DNA of 64,000 nt, taken from assembly GCF_009914755.1 (NCBI RefSeq), contig NC_060927.1. One strand, 5' to 3'. The notes beneath the pieces are model-generated. The model ran no database searches. It saw only the letters and a list, made by a program, of their open reading frames with translations, and was not told the DNA's origin. The translations under genes and the position numbers were made by a program. This document shows positions 13,456 to 27,538 of this stretch, piece by piece. This DNA is from the human T2T-CHM13v2.0 reference genome, Homo sapiens. Within the stretch, counting starts at the first letter, position 1. The number at the start of each line of letters is the position of its first letter.

Positions 13456-14379
13456 AGTCTCTCTCCTAGAAAAATCCTTTAATGTCCTTTGTAAAGCAAC
13501 AAATTATGCCATTAGCCTTTATTAATCTATACCTTAGGAGGCACTTTTGGAATTATTGAGAACAAGGCTTCTTGGGTGTGGGAAGCAAATCCATTTCTTG
13601 GGAAGTGGAAGGTTATGTCATGGTTTCTATGAAGAAAGGGTTATTCACATAGGGAGCCGTGAAGCCACTACAGGCCAGTTACCTCATTTGCACAGAGCCT
13701 TAGCCTAGATCTGCTTGCACCTGTCCAGTTCTCCCCATTGTGAGGTGCACCATACACATGAACTGGCACTAAAATTGGGTCCAAAAGATTATGCTCTGGC
13801 ATTTGGGAATGGTTGGAATCAACAGGTACCGTCCATGGCTTATATAAATGCAAACGGCCAAGATCAAAAAAGAAGCTAAGATTATTCTGAATCCAAGGCA
13901 CACTAAACTTGCAAGTGAAAGGAGAAAATAAAAACAACACAAACAAAAACCTAAAAGGTAAACTCAAGGGGGGGGAGTAGTAATCAAAAGCAGAATCAAA
14001 GCAGTATAACCTGGATGACACACTCAAAGTGTGTTTTTACTGGGTGCTGCCATGTGATATGAAGATGGGTCAGCCTCAAATAAAGGTAGAGAATCAAGGT
14101 CTATGGTACATAGGTGAAGTGCTCAGGGCTTATTGTAAGACCCAGTGGATTAAATAGGTTCATTAATCTTTTCCAGCATAAACCCTGCACTCCTGTTAAA
14201 TTTCTGGCACATATAATTTGTCCAATATCCGTAAGAGTTCCCAAGTAGCATTCACCAACTTCAGATGGGGTCTTACATGGGGGTTCTTAAGCACACTATT
14301 TTAAGAACAAACATTAACACTGATTTTATTTTTATTTGTTTGGTTTGTATTTTATCCTTTGTAAGAACTGCATTTGATT

Positions 14380-15500
14380 AGCTATTCAACAAGTTTTTGT
14401 TGTTTGTTTGGTTTTGGTTTTAAATACCTATCAAGTTAGAAGCACTGCAAGAGTCAATGTGTAGGTACACAGTGGAGGTGAAACAAATGTGGTCCCTGTT
14501 CTTTCACAATTCAGCATCTAGGATGGAGTTACATGGTACTCAGCAAACAGATATGTACATGGAAATTCTGAGGTGTGATAATGGAAAAGGTGGTAGAGAG
14601 GATAATGGAGGTAGAAAAGGAAGGACCTTCTACAAGAGAAGCCAGCAAAGTGAAAACTAGAGTGACCAGCAGGTCAGATGGCTGATGTGATGATGATTTA
14701 ATCAGCAAGGAAAATGAGAGGAAGGGTAAGAGGAGATGTTGGAGCAATAGGTAAGAGCCATACTCATGCAACCCCTTGTATGTCATGATACATTTTAAAC
14801 ATTTTATTCTGAGTGCATTTAAAAGCCACTAAGAAGTACTAAGCAAGGAAGTGAGGGAGTGGCTGCATCAGATTTAGGAATAAAATTACTTTGGCTGCTG
14901 GGAAGATAATGGAGGGGGCAAAAGTAGCAGCAGAAAGACCAATTATGATTCTTTTGCAGGTGTCTAGCTAGAATAGGGGAGCTAAGTGAGGTGGTTCTCA
15001 AACTTCAGTGTGCCTCAGAGCCATCTGGAGGGCTTGTAACAGCACATATTACCGGGCCCTGCTCTCAGATAACCTGATTCAGAAGAACTAGAGGTGCGGG
15101 AAGCCTCAATATTTGCTTTTTATCAGAAGTCATTGGGCAATGTTGATGACACTTTGAGAACCACTGGCTCAGGGACATGTGTGATAGTGAAGATGAAGCC
15201 AAATGAATGGGATACATATGTTAACGTGAGGCACTGTGTGGATGATGGCAACACATGAGATGAGGGAGGCAGCTGGGAGTAGAAGGGAGAAAATCAAGAA
15301 TCCCAATTGGGATTATTATATATGTGAGACTTCTTAAATATACTACAGCCAAAATGAAATGGGTATAGGTCTGAAGCTCAGACAACAGTTGTGAATCATA
15401 ATTATAAAACAATGTAAACAACCTATAAATGGTCTTTAAATTCATTACAAAGAGAGATAAGAGAAGAGCAGAGAACCCAAGGCCTTGAAAACCTCCTAGA
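14380..15500 (-). mobile_element. L2 fragment (host of MER5A)
   Basis: ttttattctgagtgca...agccact...taagcaaggaagtga...cagatttagg...tggctgctg. Confidence 0.6.
14990..15166. mobile_element. MER5A (hAT-Charlie) remnant
   Basis: Terminal inverted repeats gtggttctcaaa / tttgagaaccactg. Confidence 0.85.
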
Positions 15501-15515
15501 AAATGACACAATTCC

Positions 15516-16027
<512 letters not shown>

Positions 16028-18060
16028 TTAATTTGTCCAGAGAATTGGGCTAACCATATACTTTCGATTTTTGTTTGAGTTTATGCTAGCTAAATCAGGG
16101 GTTTGTTCTTGGCTTGGAACTAAGTGGGAGCATTCTTTATTCTACTTTGTCATGCTAAGAGTGATGTGTTAGGAAAAACAGGCACGCTCAGGTGGATGCA
16201 GTAGTTTATACTTGGTATTGCATGGGACCTAAAAGAGCGAATGACAACCATGAAGGGAGTCATTTTTAGGGGGAAAAGAGGCTGGGTTTAATTCAATTAG
16301 TGTGGCTACTGAGATAACGGGACTTGGTAGGATGTCACCCTGTTGACACCTTTTATTGTGAGATTTAATTTGAATTGTGTTCAGGGGGATTAAAAAAGAA
16401 AATAAAAGTTAAGTAGAGTACCCAGAGGCACCCTACCCCTCTCACCTGGGTTCCCAGAGCCACGCCCAGTTGCCCTATCCAATGATTGGTTTCTCTCCAA
16501 CATCATCCTGCCCTTGAAGTTCCTTTTGCTGTAATTATTCTATTAAATGTTCTGTGAGAGTGGAATTTGGGCAAACGGTTTTGTAGGTTTGCTTTCCTCT
16601 AGTCAATGGAACAAAATAAAGTATTTCAAGTAAAAAGTGTATGTCTCCTCACAAAGATTCATGGGTACTTTTTCAATTCTCAGTTACATCATCTCAAGCA
16701 AATGAAATTTTCGAGGGCAGCTTTCTCTGTGGTCAGTAATTGCAAATGAATTTCTGAGCCAAGAAATCAGAGTTTTAGGTTTTTAGAATCCCAGCTCTGT
16801 AGATCAGACTGCTCTGCTGTTCCCTGTGCAATTTCTGGAATTTAAGTGCTTAGCAGTGTGCTGTCTGCGGTAAAATGTCTCATGTACCCTCACTACACTC
16901 TGTCTCCTCTGTGGCCCAAGAGATGACTGCATGGTTAGCTACCAGGATATTTCTGCTGAACAAGAATTCTGTGGAAGGGAATCATAACCAACAAAACCAT
17001 TCACTCTTCTGATTGTAACCTCTACAGAAACAACCCTAATTTAATTTCTTAGGTTTCTATTCTACCAAGAAACTTTATGAAATACTCTTCCTGGGGGAGA
17101 GAAGAAGGGACAATGCAACAAACATGATTGTCTATGTGCAGTGTGTCAGGAGAGGTGATAGCTCATGGAGATATTAGAATAAACAAGAGGCAGATCCATG
17201 CACCCCAAGTTCACAGTCTAGGTAGGGTAAGGGCTCTATAGTAGATATATGGCATTTTAGGGCTACAGACAGGCACTGGTTTAGAGACACCCACCACAAA
17301 GTTATATTCGAACTGGATCTTTTGAAGGTTAAGTAGTAGTTCCCAAGAGGAAGTGGAAAAGAATTGCTTTAGAATAAATAATGCAGTAATATTTAAAAAT
17401 TAGGGTAGGAGTATATTTCTGAAAAAGGCAAGAAATGGAATGTGGATGCTTAAAAAATTCTAAATCGATGTTGTAAGTAAAATATATTATGTGTGATAGA
17501 AACCATGATGGTTACTTTGTCATCTTTTATCTGAAATTAGGAAGTTCAGAAATGTTAAAAATGTTAATTTTCCAGATAACCAAAATTCTCTAATATGCCA
17601 AAATGTCAATTAAAGCATTTTTAGAAAGGAACTATTCTTAATAGCAGCTTCCTACAGTGAACTGCATATTCTCTTAAATAGAAGACTGAATGAATATTAT
17701 TTCCTCTTTTCTGGATAACTGAAGTTCTACAAACCTCAATTTTCTGCCATTGGTTACGATAGACCAACTTTCTGATCTTCTGAGGTATATGGGGTTTCTT
17801 GACTTTTTCTGGTGATTTGTTTTCTCTGTTAAAACTTACACTTCACACCTATAGACTAAAAACTCCTTGAAGGTAGAATCCATGTTTTAGTCATTGCTTG
17901 GATGCCTGTAAACAGGGTACCTAGCACACAGCAGGCATTTGTTATTTTTTTGTTAATATATAAAATCATGTATAATGAACCTGTACTTTTTAAAATGATG
18001 GACGTTATCTGCAGCCATTAGTCCCTCTTCCTCCTTCTGAGAAGGGCACACAAGTTTCTC

Positions 18061-18351
18061 TTTCTTGTTTTTTGAGACGGAGTCGCTCTGTCGCCCGGGC
18101 TGGAGTGCAGTGGCGCGATCTTGGCTCACTGCAACCTCCGCCTCCCAGGTTCAAACGACTCTCATGCCTCAGCCTCCTGAGTATCTGGGACTACAGGCAC
18201 GTGCCACCACACCCAGCTAATTTTTTGTATTTTTAGTAGAGATGGGGTTTCACTGTGTTAGCCAGGATGGTCTTGATCTGCTGACCTTGTAATCAGTCCG
18301 CCTGAGCCTCCCAAAGTGCTGGGATTACAGGCGTGAGCCACCACGCCGGGC
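18061..18351 (-). mobile_element. Alu (AluS/Sc-like), antisense
   Basis: tttgagacggagtc...gcgtgagccaccacgcc; degenerate TSD caagttt. Confidence 0.93.
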
Positions 18352-19563
18352 GCCAAGTTTTCCTTTTTAGCCATGTGGTTTGCCCTGGGTGTTTCCCAAG
18401 TCCAGGAAAGTCAAGTAATTCAGTTTAAGCCAATCACTGTAGCCATAGTGATAGGGATGGGTACCCGTACTACGTCTCCCTAATCAAGACATCACTGGAT
18501 GTCTGCTGGCCAATCTGAGACATCAACATGCTCTTCTTGGAGGCGGTTGCTTCCTAGGGAGTCATTCTGAGGCCACCATGTAGGAGCTTCAGGGAAGAGA
18601 ACTCAAAACTTGAAAAGAAAAACTAGATCTAGGTCATATTGTTTGTGCCCTAGGAAATCCTTACCACAAGCCATTTATAATGCTCTCTGGATTGTTTAGT
18701 TATCAATAAATTAAGACAATTTATGTAACATACTCTTTCTTTACAATCTTATTCACCATAGTAATCAAAAATGGAAAAAAAGAAAAAAGAATTGGTTTTT
18801 GTTTTAGTGTGCCCAGGATGGAAAAGAAAAAAAAATCAGCCATCCATTATTAAGCAGAAATTTTTTAGATTTTATTAAACTGAGGTGATTCAAATTAATT
18901 TCAAAAGTTGTAATGTTTGTTCCATATTGAATCTTTCACACTTATTAGAATTTTGGCTGTCACAGACACCTAAGACATAAGAAAAGCAGTTGACTGCCAA
19001 AATCTGTTTAATACAATTAAATGTTTCCAAATCAATATGGACTTATACCTGCCTATAAAACTGCTAATCACTCTATTGTTTCATAATTACAACAGTAAAA
19101 ATGTTTTAGAAATCTTATTATACTCATAATTTACAATGTATTACATGAGGTATGTAATAGCAGCAATCAAGGCAATGTTGACAAAGAGAAAAATATGTAA
19201 GGTGTCAAAATCTAGTACTTCTTCAGCTTCAACTTGAAGGCTTCTTTTGTGGAACCACCTTTTTGCCCATCATAATTATCAGCTCTTTTCTTGTAATTTA
19301 TAGTTTTATTGTTAGTAATTAGAACAGTAGGCTTTAAAGCTGAACTGATTAAATGGATCTGAGTCTCAGTTCTACCATTACTAGCTGTAAAGCAGGCTTA
19401 TGGTAGTACCTATTTCACTGAGTTATGGTTAGCATTACATATTAATAAATAATATATATAACATGCTAAAAACAGTGTCTGGCATGTAGTAAATGTTCAG
19501 CAAATGTTAGCCGCAACAGCAACAAAAATAACAATAATTTCACATCCTTAGTTTGTCCCATGA

Positions 19564-19939
19564 TGATATGGTTTGCCCGTGCCCCCACCCAAATCTCATC
19601 TTAAATTATAATCCCCATGTGTTGAGGGGGCATCTGTAATACCCACATGTCAAGGCAGGGAGGTGATTGGGTCATTGGGGTGGTTTCCCACATGCTGATC
19701 TCATGGTAGTGAGTGAGTTTTCATGAGATCTGATGCTTTTGTAAGTGTCTGGCATTTCCACTGCTTTCACTCCTTTCTCCTGCCACCATACAAAGAAGGT
19801 CCTTGCTACCCCTTCACGACTGTGAATTTTCTGAGGCCTCCCTAGCCATGTGGAACTCTGAGTCAATTAAACCTCTTTCTTTTATAAATTATCCATTCTC
19901 AGGTATTTCTTTAGAGCAGTGTGAAAACAGACTAATACA
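19564..19939 (+). mobile_element. THE1D/MSTA-like solo LTR with TSD catga
   Basis: tgatatggtttg...cagactaataca; catga at 19559-19563 and 19940-19944. Confidence 0.92.
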
Positions 19940-22149
19940 CATGATCCATAATTGCTCAAAACGTCAATTACTAGCATTTAGCTGGGTTATTTTTCTGCAC
20001 CCCCAAGCACCAAGCGTAGTGCTGAGCATATAGAAATGGCTTGTTAAATATTAAAAGGATAACTAGGTAAACAGACCAACAGTTAAACTATACACATTAC
20101 TTAAGGACAGGGACTAGGTCATTGTTGACTTAGCGTCCCAGTGCCTATTGGATGAATGGATCAGAGGATTCAACCAGACTTCTACCCAAGTTAGCAATTC
20201 TACATGATTCAGGGATTCATTTGAGAACTTGGTTTACCAAATAGGTTCCTCAAGGGTTCCCTAAGTGCTCTGTAAGCTTGTTCCAAGTGCAAAGTTAGAT
20301 GATTTTGGTGTTTGTTATGTTAAGGCCAGTCAGAAGAAAAGGAGGGAAAGAAATAGAAGAGTTAGTTTTTGTTTTATTTCAGTTGATTTTTTTATTTTAG
20401 ACACCTACCAGTGGCTATTTGAGAGCATGAGGTGAAATTGCTGCTCTTGAGGAATGAAGTTGAAGTTATCATTGGCCATTTATTTGCTAAAGTTAAAGTT
20501 AACTAATCATCAAACCATTGAAGCTAGTTGCATCTGCCACCTACTTCTCTACACTTTAATGCTACATTACAGGAAGCATCAAAACAGGAAAGGATTTAGG
20601 ATTTGGTCTCTAATCACACCCTGCCTGTTTCTGATCATATCTGTGAACCAGGACGAGGAAGGTCTCTCTGAAAAGATGGCATTTAACCTGACGCCACAGT
20701 AACAAGAGTTATTTTTATTTGTCAGCATCTCTGAATCTGTGATATTTTACAAAATATATTTATAAATCAAAAATAGTACTGTTATTTTGATTTGTAAATC
20801 AAAATTAAGTACTGCTTCCCATTTGTCAGTTAACTTGAGATGCGAGACCCCAAACTGATTACAGACAGCAGGTGTGGTTCAAAAATTAATTACTTGCCAA
20901 TATTTTAAATGTCAGGAAATGACATAAGAATGTTTTTGACTTATCTTTAAAAGATCAGATCTGGCAATGATGTGTCCTTACTCCCCATGCAGCAAAAGCT
21001 GGCTAAATCAAAGGAGCAGCTTTCCACTTGATACAAGGTGTGCGCTCTCTATGTTACAACACATCCCCCTCCTCCTACCACTCTCTTACATAATCCCCCT
21101 AACTCCCACTAGCATTTTATTTCATTCACCTAATCTAGACTTAGAGTAGATTCTAACTTATTTCCACTAATTCAGAAATTAGTTTCAATGTATGCTTAAC
21201 TTTTTATTGATAGTCTCTGGAAATTGGTTTCTAAAAATCAGCAATAATATGTCAATACCGTTAATATCCCAAAACATTCCATAATATGTAATAATACTTT
21301 CTTAAAAGGGTTGATAAATGCAGTCTGAAAGAGAGGACTGCCTTAGTAAAGAAAATGCTTTTGTGTGGAAACATGTACTTGTGTGTATTCAGAAACATAT
21401 TGGAAATTAAAGAAACAGAGATTTTCCTTTTGTCAGCATCTCTCCTAGGAATCAATGGTGTATAACTGTGTTCTTTCTATGAATGTCTGCAAGATTAATA
21501 ATATTTATAATTATCAATATGGTTCCACAAACATGTACATTAGAGAGCCTAAACCTCCATAAATTCTTGTTTGCATTCTGGGCATTCAAGCAAATCACTT
21601 CATGTTTAATAATAGACTCCAGATTCTCTGTGGAAATTGTTGAATGCCATTACTATCTGCATTTTGGGCTCAGGCAAAATATATATGAAAAAAGAAATAC
21701 AACAAGATAAATGAGTTTAAAGAGCTGGACTCTTGTAAGAGGGACTCAACTCATTATCATCAAACCAAAATTATGAAAAGAAAGAAAGTCAACTAATGTA
21801 CGATCTGCCTAACTTTTTTGCTTTGGGAAGCCAAAAAATTCTAGAATGACCTGGTTATGTTCAAATGAAAATACAGGAAGTAGATTTAAAGTGCTTCCAT
21901 CCAATTGGGAGAAACTCTCATGAAGTGGGGCATCGTCAGAATGCCCCTGTTTGAGTCCTGCCTTTTCTGCTTGTTGCTTGAGGAAATCATTTAACATTCC
22001 TGAACCACAATTCCCTTCTTTATTTAAAAAAAGTAAAATAAAATAAAGTCAAATCAAGCAAAATACCCACCTCATAAGAACACTTTGAAAATGAATAGTG
22101 AAAACTTCCCTGATACAAGAATGCATATGATATTTGTGGTCATGTTTCT

Positions 22150-22770
22150 TGTATTAGTTTTTTATTGCTGCTGTAAAAAAAAAAATTACCGCTAATTTAG
22201 TGGCTTAAAATGGTACAAGTTTATTATCTCACAGTTCTTTAGGTTAGAAGTCCAACATAGGTCTCACAGGACTAATATCAAGGCGGCACCAGGGCTATGC
22301 TTCTTTCTTTGTTTCCCTTTTCTTAGGGAGAATCTATTTCTGCTCATTCACGTTGCTGGAAAAATTTAGTCCTGTTTGGTTTTGGGACTGAGGTCCCTGT
22401 TTCTCTGCTGACAGTGGTGGGTGGATCCCAGCTTCTGGCACCTTGACCTGTGACCCCTTTCCTCTGTCCTCAAAGCTGGCAATGGCAGGTCAAGTTCCTC
22501 TGAGCATCCAGTCTCTTCTGCCTTTTTTTCTGTCAATGCATTTGTTTCATTGATTCTCCTGTCTTCCTCTTCCACTTTGAAAGGCCCATATGATTGTATT
22601 GGGTCCACCTAGATAATTCAAGATAATCTCTCTACTTTGAGGTAGGTAACCGTATTCCAACTGCAAAGTCCCTTTTGCCATATAATGTAACATATTTATA
22701 GGTTCCAAAAATTAGAACATAGACATCTTTCTGGGGAGTTGAGAAGAATGGATTATTTTGCCTACCATAG
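22150..22770 (-). mobile_element. MLT1D/E-like solo LTR
   Basis: tgtattagtt...gtggcttaaaa...ctcacagttct...ctgcaaagtcccttttgccat...gcctaccata. Confidence 0.8.
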
Positions 22771-22852
22771 TTCTTTACTGTATTTAATAACTTTGTTTTT
22801 CTGGGAAGTCTGTAACATCCATATTAAATTCCCATTATTCTTAAATGGGGAC

Positions 22853-23278
22853 TGCTATCGTTTGAATGTTTGCCCCCTCCAAACCTCATGGTGCAATTTA
22901 ATTCCCAGTGTGGTGGTGTTGGGAGGGGGACCTAAAGGGAGGTGTTTGAGTCATGGGTGCAAACCCCTCATGAATGGATTCATGCCCTACCTCGGAGGTG
23001 AGTGAGTTTTTGCTCTATTAGTTCCCAAAAGAGCTGGGTGTTAAAAAGCCCAAAAACTCCCTCCCCTCTCCTTCTCTCTTGCTTCCTCTCTCACTGTGTG
23101 ATCTCTGCACACACTGGCTTCTCATCACCTTCTGCCATGAGTGCAGGCAGCCTGAGGCTCTTGCCACATGCCCAGTCTTGATTTTTCCATATATCACAAT
23201 CATGAGCCAAATCTTTCTAATTTATAAATTACTCAGCCTCAGATATTCCTCTATAGAAACATAAAATGGACTAAGAGA
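22853..23278 (+). mobile_element. MSTB-like solo LTR
   Basis: tgctatcgtttgaatgtttgcccc...tataaattactcagcctcag...ggactaaga. Confidence 0.85.
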
Positions 23279-24151
23279 GTTCACATAATTGTGTAAATAG
23301 GAATGTTATGAATGTGTAAATAGGAATGTTAAGTTTTATACTTAAACACTTTTGGTCTGTAATTGAGCTAGTCTGTTTGATAAATGTCTCTCTCACATTT
23401 CTGGGAAGCTTGGAAAGAACTCTAGATTCAACGATAAACATATAGAATCCCCCACTGAGTAGCAGGGCAAGATGGAAGATTAATAGGAAGAGTAAGTGAT
23501 GCTAACATCATAGGAGAGTTAGATGAGCTTGAGGAGAGAGGACTGTTGACTCCAGCTGTTTTTCAGGGTCCTTGCAGATGGCATAGCCCCATCCACTGAA
23601 AGTGAGTAGAGCTCCCAAGAGGGTAGTGAGAGATGAGGCAACAAACTCACCACTTCCAGAAATCTGGTCAAAATCAGGAGGACAATGTAACACTACTCAC
23701 TCATCTCTCTTCCTGATCCCACCTTATGTGAATTCATTTACTTCTTCCATTTAAAGTGGAATAATAACTTAGTCGTGCTAACTAATGTTTTTCAATCCCC
23801 CTACCCCCACTTATGATCTTTTATTCCTCCTTTAGTCCCCAGATTCCTCAATATTTTGTTTTTGTTGCATTAGATCTCTTTCAATGACAAAGCATACGTG
23901 CAGACCGTTTCCTCAAAAAGTATCTCAAAAAGGTAAACATAAGGTGACCACATGAGTTAGCAGTTCCACTTCTAGGTATATACCCAGCTCTCACATTCTC
24001 TGGCTGCGAAAGGCAATGAAGCAGTAGCACACAGTAGCTAATAGCTTGGGATTTGGACTTTCGATTGCTGACTTCCTGAGAAAGCTACCAAATTTTCCTA
24101 TTGATAAAACAAAGTCACATTGATTGCTTACTGCAGTAAGAGAGAACACTA

Positions 24152-24451
24152 GGCCCAGGGTAGTGGCTCACACCTGTAATCCTAGCACTTTGGGAAGCCA
24201 AGGCAGGAGGATCACTTGGGGCCAGGAGTTTGAGACCAGCCTGGACAACAAAGCAAAACCCCATCTATACAAAAATTTTAAAAAAATAAAAATATGGATG
24301 GGTGTGATGGCACATGCTTGTAGTCCTAGCTACTCAGGAGGCTGGGCAGGAAGATCCTTTGAGCCCAGGAGTTCGAGAAAGCAATGAGCTATGACTGCAC
24401 TGCTGCACTCCAACCTACGCAACAGAGCAAGACTCTGTCTCTTAAAAACGA

Positions 24452-24498
<47 letters not shown>
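24152..24498 (+). mobile_element. AluJ with (GA)n tail
   Basis: AluJ-type ggatcacttggggccaggagtttgagaccagcc and tgagcccaggagttcgag; GA microsatellite ~24450-24498. Confidence 0.9.
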
Positions 24499-24503
<5 letters not shown>

Positions 24504-27232
24504 CCTTGACAGAGTTTTTGTAACATCTCAGAAAAGGGAGGTCAAGGGCAGATATTTTTTAAGATTTGGGGGTTTAAATTAAGGCACTTCTTTCAATGAG
24601 GGAAGTTTGATCAGAATTGTGCAAAGCCTGTGATGTTATAGTTTTGTATGGGTGAATACAGCAAAGAGGATTTTGAAACAAGTTGTTTTGAGTAAACCAT
24701 TGTTTGATTAGAGAGCTTGGCCCAGTTGAGTGATCAGTATTTCAGAAAAGGGACTATTTATCCCTATGGTAACTTATTTTCATGACTGATTATTCAAATA
24801 GATGGATTTTCAGGACCAACAACAAACCATTAAATTATTTGTAACTTTATCTTCTTGGGTAAGAATTTCTTACAATAGTAAAATCCTGTTAGTGCAGACA
24901 GTTTTAGTTTCCTTCATGCTATTTAGCTGGGTGATTGCAGGGGATTTGTTCTGAGGATATGGACCAAGTTAGAATCTTTTAATCTATGATACCAGCTCTG
25001 TGAAGGGTCAGCTTCTACAGAGTTCTCTGACACCTAGTGAGGGGCTGTTTGGTGTCATCACTTATGGCCATGATAAAAAGTCAAATTTATCTGTCTTTTG
25101 TACTATAACTTTCAGAACCAAAATAGCACAACCACTGAGCTCCATGTCATCCTAATATACTGTTGTTGCTTAAGCAAGACAATTCCATAATTGGTGCTAT
25201 CAACATTCTTCTGTTGAAATTACAGTGTTCATGTCCTAAGTAGGGGCTTTAGTCTGAAAGAATTCATTTTTCTCATTACCGTAGCTGGAATCCCCTACCC
25301 TATACCCTGTCCTCTCAAGTAGACCCTACTATTCTTAGGCATGCTTTGATCAGTCCACCTTTCTTTCTACCATTTTATGTGGCATCATGTGTACAAATAG
25401 CTTTTCTCAAAAAAAAAAAAAAATTGACAATTGAGAGTAGTAACCCCCCACCAAAAACAACTGAAATGAGAAAAGTCCCCCTTGATCCCTCAGTTGTGCA
25501 CATACATAAATGAGTCTCCCATTCCTGGAAACAAGTTCCAGCTAATCTTTGCACAGCTGTACAGCTAACTTCCCTTTGCTAAGCACAAAAGTGGTATCAG
25601 AGTTTTTTTTAAGCTAAATCTTAAACTCTTGCATTTGACTGATTGTGGAGCCTAAAATGTAGTATCTGTCCTGCTAAAAGATGGGTTCACATATAATTTT
25701 GAATGTCATGATGTCACGTTTACAGTATTCTAGGGACATGAGTAGGGACCAATTGGGAATGTTTCGGGAAGATTTTACAGAGTAAGTGAAATAAGAGCTG
25801 CTCCTTAAAAGATGTATAGGCAATTATATGCCTGCAGGAAAGCAGGCAGAGATAGAACTAATAACCAGTCGTATACTTAGGAATGATTTTGTAAATTGTT
25901 AAATACAAAGTGGTGACTGGTCTTGTATATTGAAGTTAGCCCCACATTTAAACACAGCTTTCTGGCCAATAGGTGTGGATTCCTTACAAACTCCTCAACA
26001 AATACACAACTATTCAGTTGTAGGGGCCTGTTTTCAATTGCCCTACGTAAAAGTCTTCCTGAGGATGACAATGAGAAAGAAGTAACAAGCTTTGAACAAG
26101 GAAGACAGAAAGGATGTAGTGGGTAAATACAAAGAAGTCTACGTTTCTCATCTATAACAAATGTGTTCTTGATTTATTGTGTGGTGATACTGTAAGGGAG
26201 CCTTCACAATGACTGAATAGGAAACCAGCACCTTTATCTTAGCAGGGAACTTGATGCCTGCCATTTGAAATCACACTCTGAAAGCGAGCTTTAACACATT
26301 GATGGGTATGCATTGGAAAGGTAACTGGCTTTTGGAAATTGCCCTGAAATCATTTATGCTTCAATAAGAAGCTATCATTGATGTTGGTAGTCAGTTACCC
26401 GATTCGTGTGCATATTTCCTGATAATTATTTTTTTTTTCCATTAACAGTATAGATCACCTTGGCTTTAAGTGCCGTTTACAGGATTCAATTAAGGATGGC
26501 AGATTACAATGTCAGGAGTCTGGGGAGAAGGAGTGGAATTCATAGCTCTTCACTTTCTCGTCACTGTTATTGTTACACAAATGAGTGTCATCACCACTTG
26601 AGGTGATTGTCTATAACGAGAGGAGGCTTGAGCAGAAGACTAACTGATTTGCTTTATAGTCATTACCTGACAACATTATGGCAAAACCATTGAAGATTTT
26701 CTGGAAGCCTTGCAGATTTCACTGTCAAGCATCTTATTAGGCATATCCGGTATTGTGGGCATTTCTATCATGGAGTATTCAAGATTTAGGTACCCTGTTG
26801 AAATGCCTTCTTTCACTGGTCTCTGCTCTATATTTAAATTTGTTTTAAAACCATCTGGAGCTACTATGGGGCTGGTAGGATTATTTTAAAACAGAAAATA
26901 CTATTGATCCTTCTGTGAAAATTTCCCGAGTCAAATCTGCTTTCTTTGCCTACATTTTATTTTCTGAAAAAAATGGAGAGGAATTAGTAGATCAGTATTC
27001 ACACGTGTAGACTGACACTTATTTCAGAAGAGGTCATATGGGGGTGTTACAAAGCATGGGCTGTGGAGGCAGGCTGCCTGGGTTTAAATCCCATGTTTCA
27101 CCACCTATTGGTTCTACCAGTTAACTTGCTTCCCTTCTCCAGGCTTCATCCCCCCATCTGCAAAATGGGAGTAATATTGGGACCTAACCCACAGGATTAT
27201 TGTGAGAGTTAACAACACGAAAAGTGACTAGG

Positions 27233-27538
27233 GGCTGGGCGCCGTGGCTCACGCCTGTAATCCCAGTACTTTGGGAGGCTGAAGCGGGAGGATAACAAGG
27301 TCAGGAGATCAAGACCATCCTGGCTAACATGATGAAAACCCGTCTCTACTAAAAATACAAAAAATTAGCTGGGCATGGTGGCAAGCGCCTGTAGTCTTAG
27401 CTACTTGGGAGGCCAAGGCAGGAGAATCGCTTGAACCCAGGAAGCAGAGGTTGCAGTGAGCCAAGATCACACTACTTCACTCCAGCCTGGTGACAGTTCG
27501 AGACTCCACCTCAAAAAATAAGAAAAAATTTAAAAAAA
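27233..27538 (+). mobile_element. AluSc-like, inserted in a MIR (~27045-27585), 14-bp TSD
   Basis: TSD gaaaagtgactagg at 27219-27232 and 27539-27552; MIR core catctgcaaaatggga upstream. Confidence 0.93.

Noticed and set aside
23990-25010. Possible old LTR hosting the AluJ
   Set aside because: It looks LTR-like, but I could not identify its family or termini.
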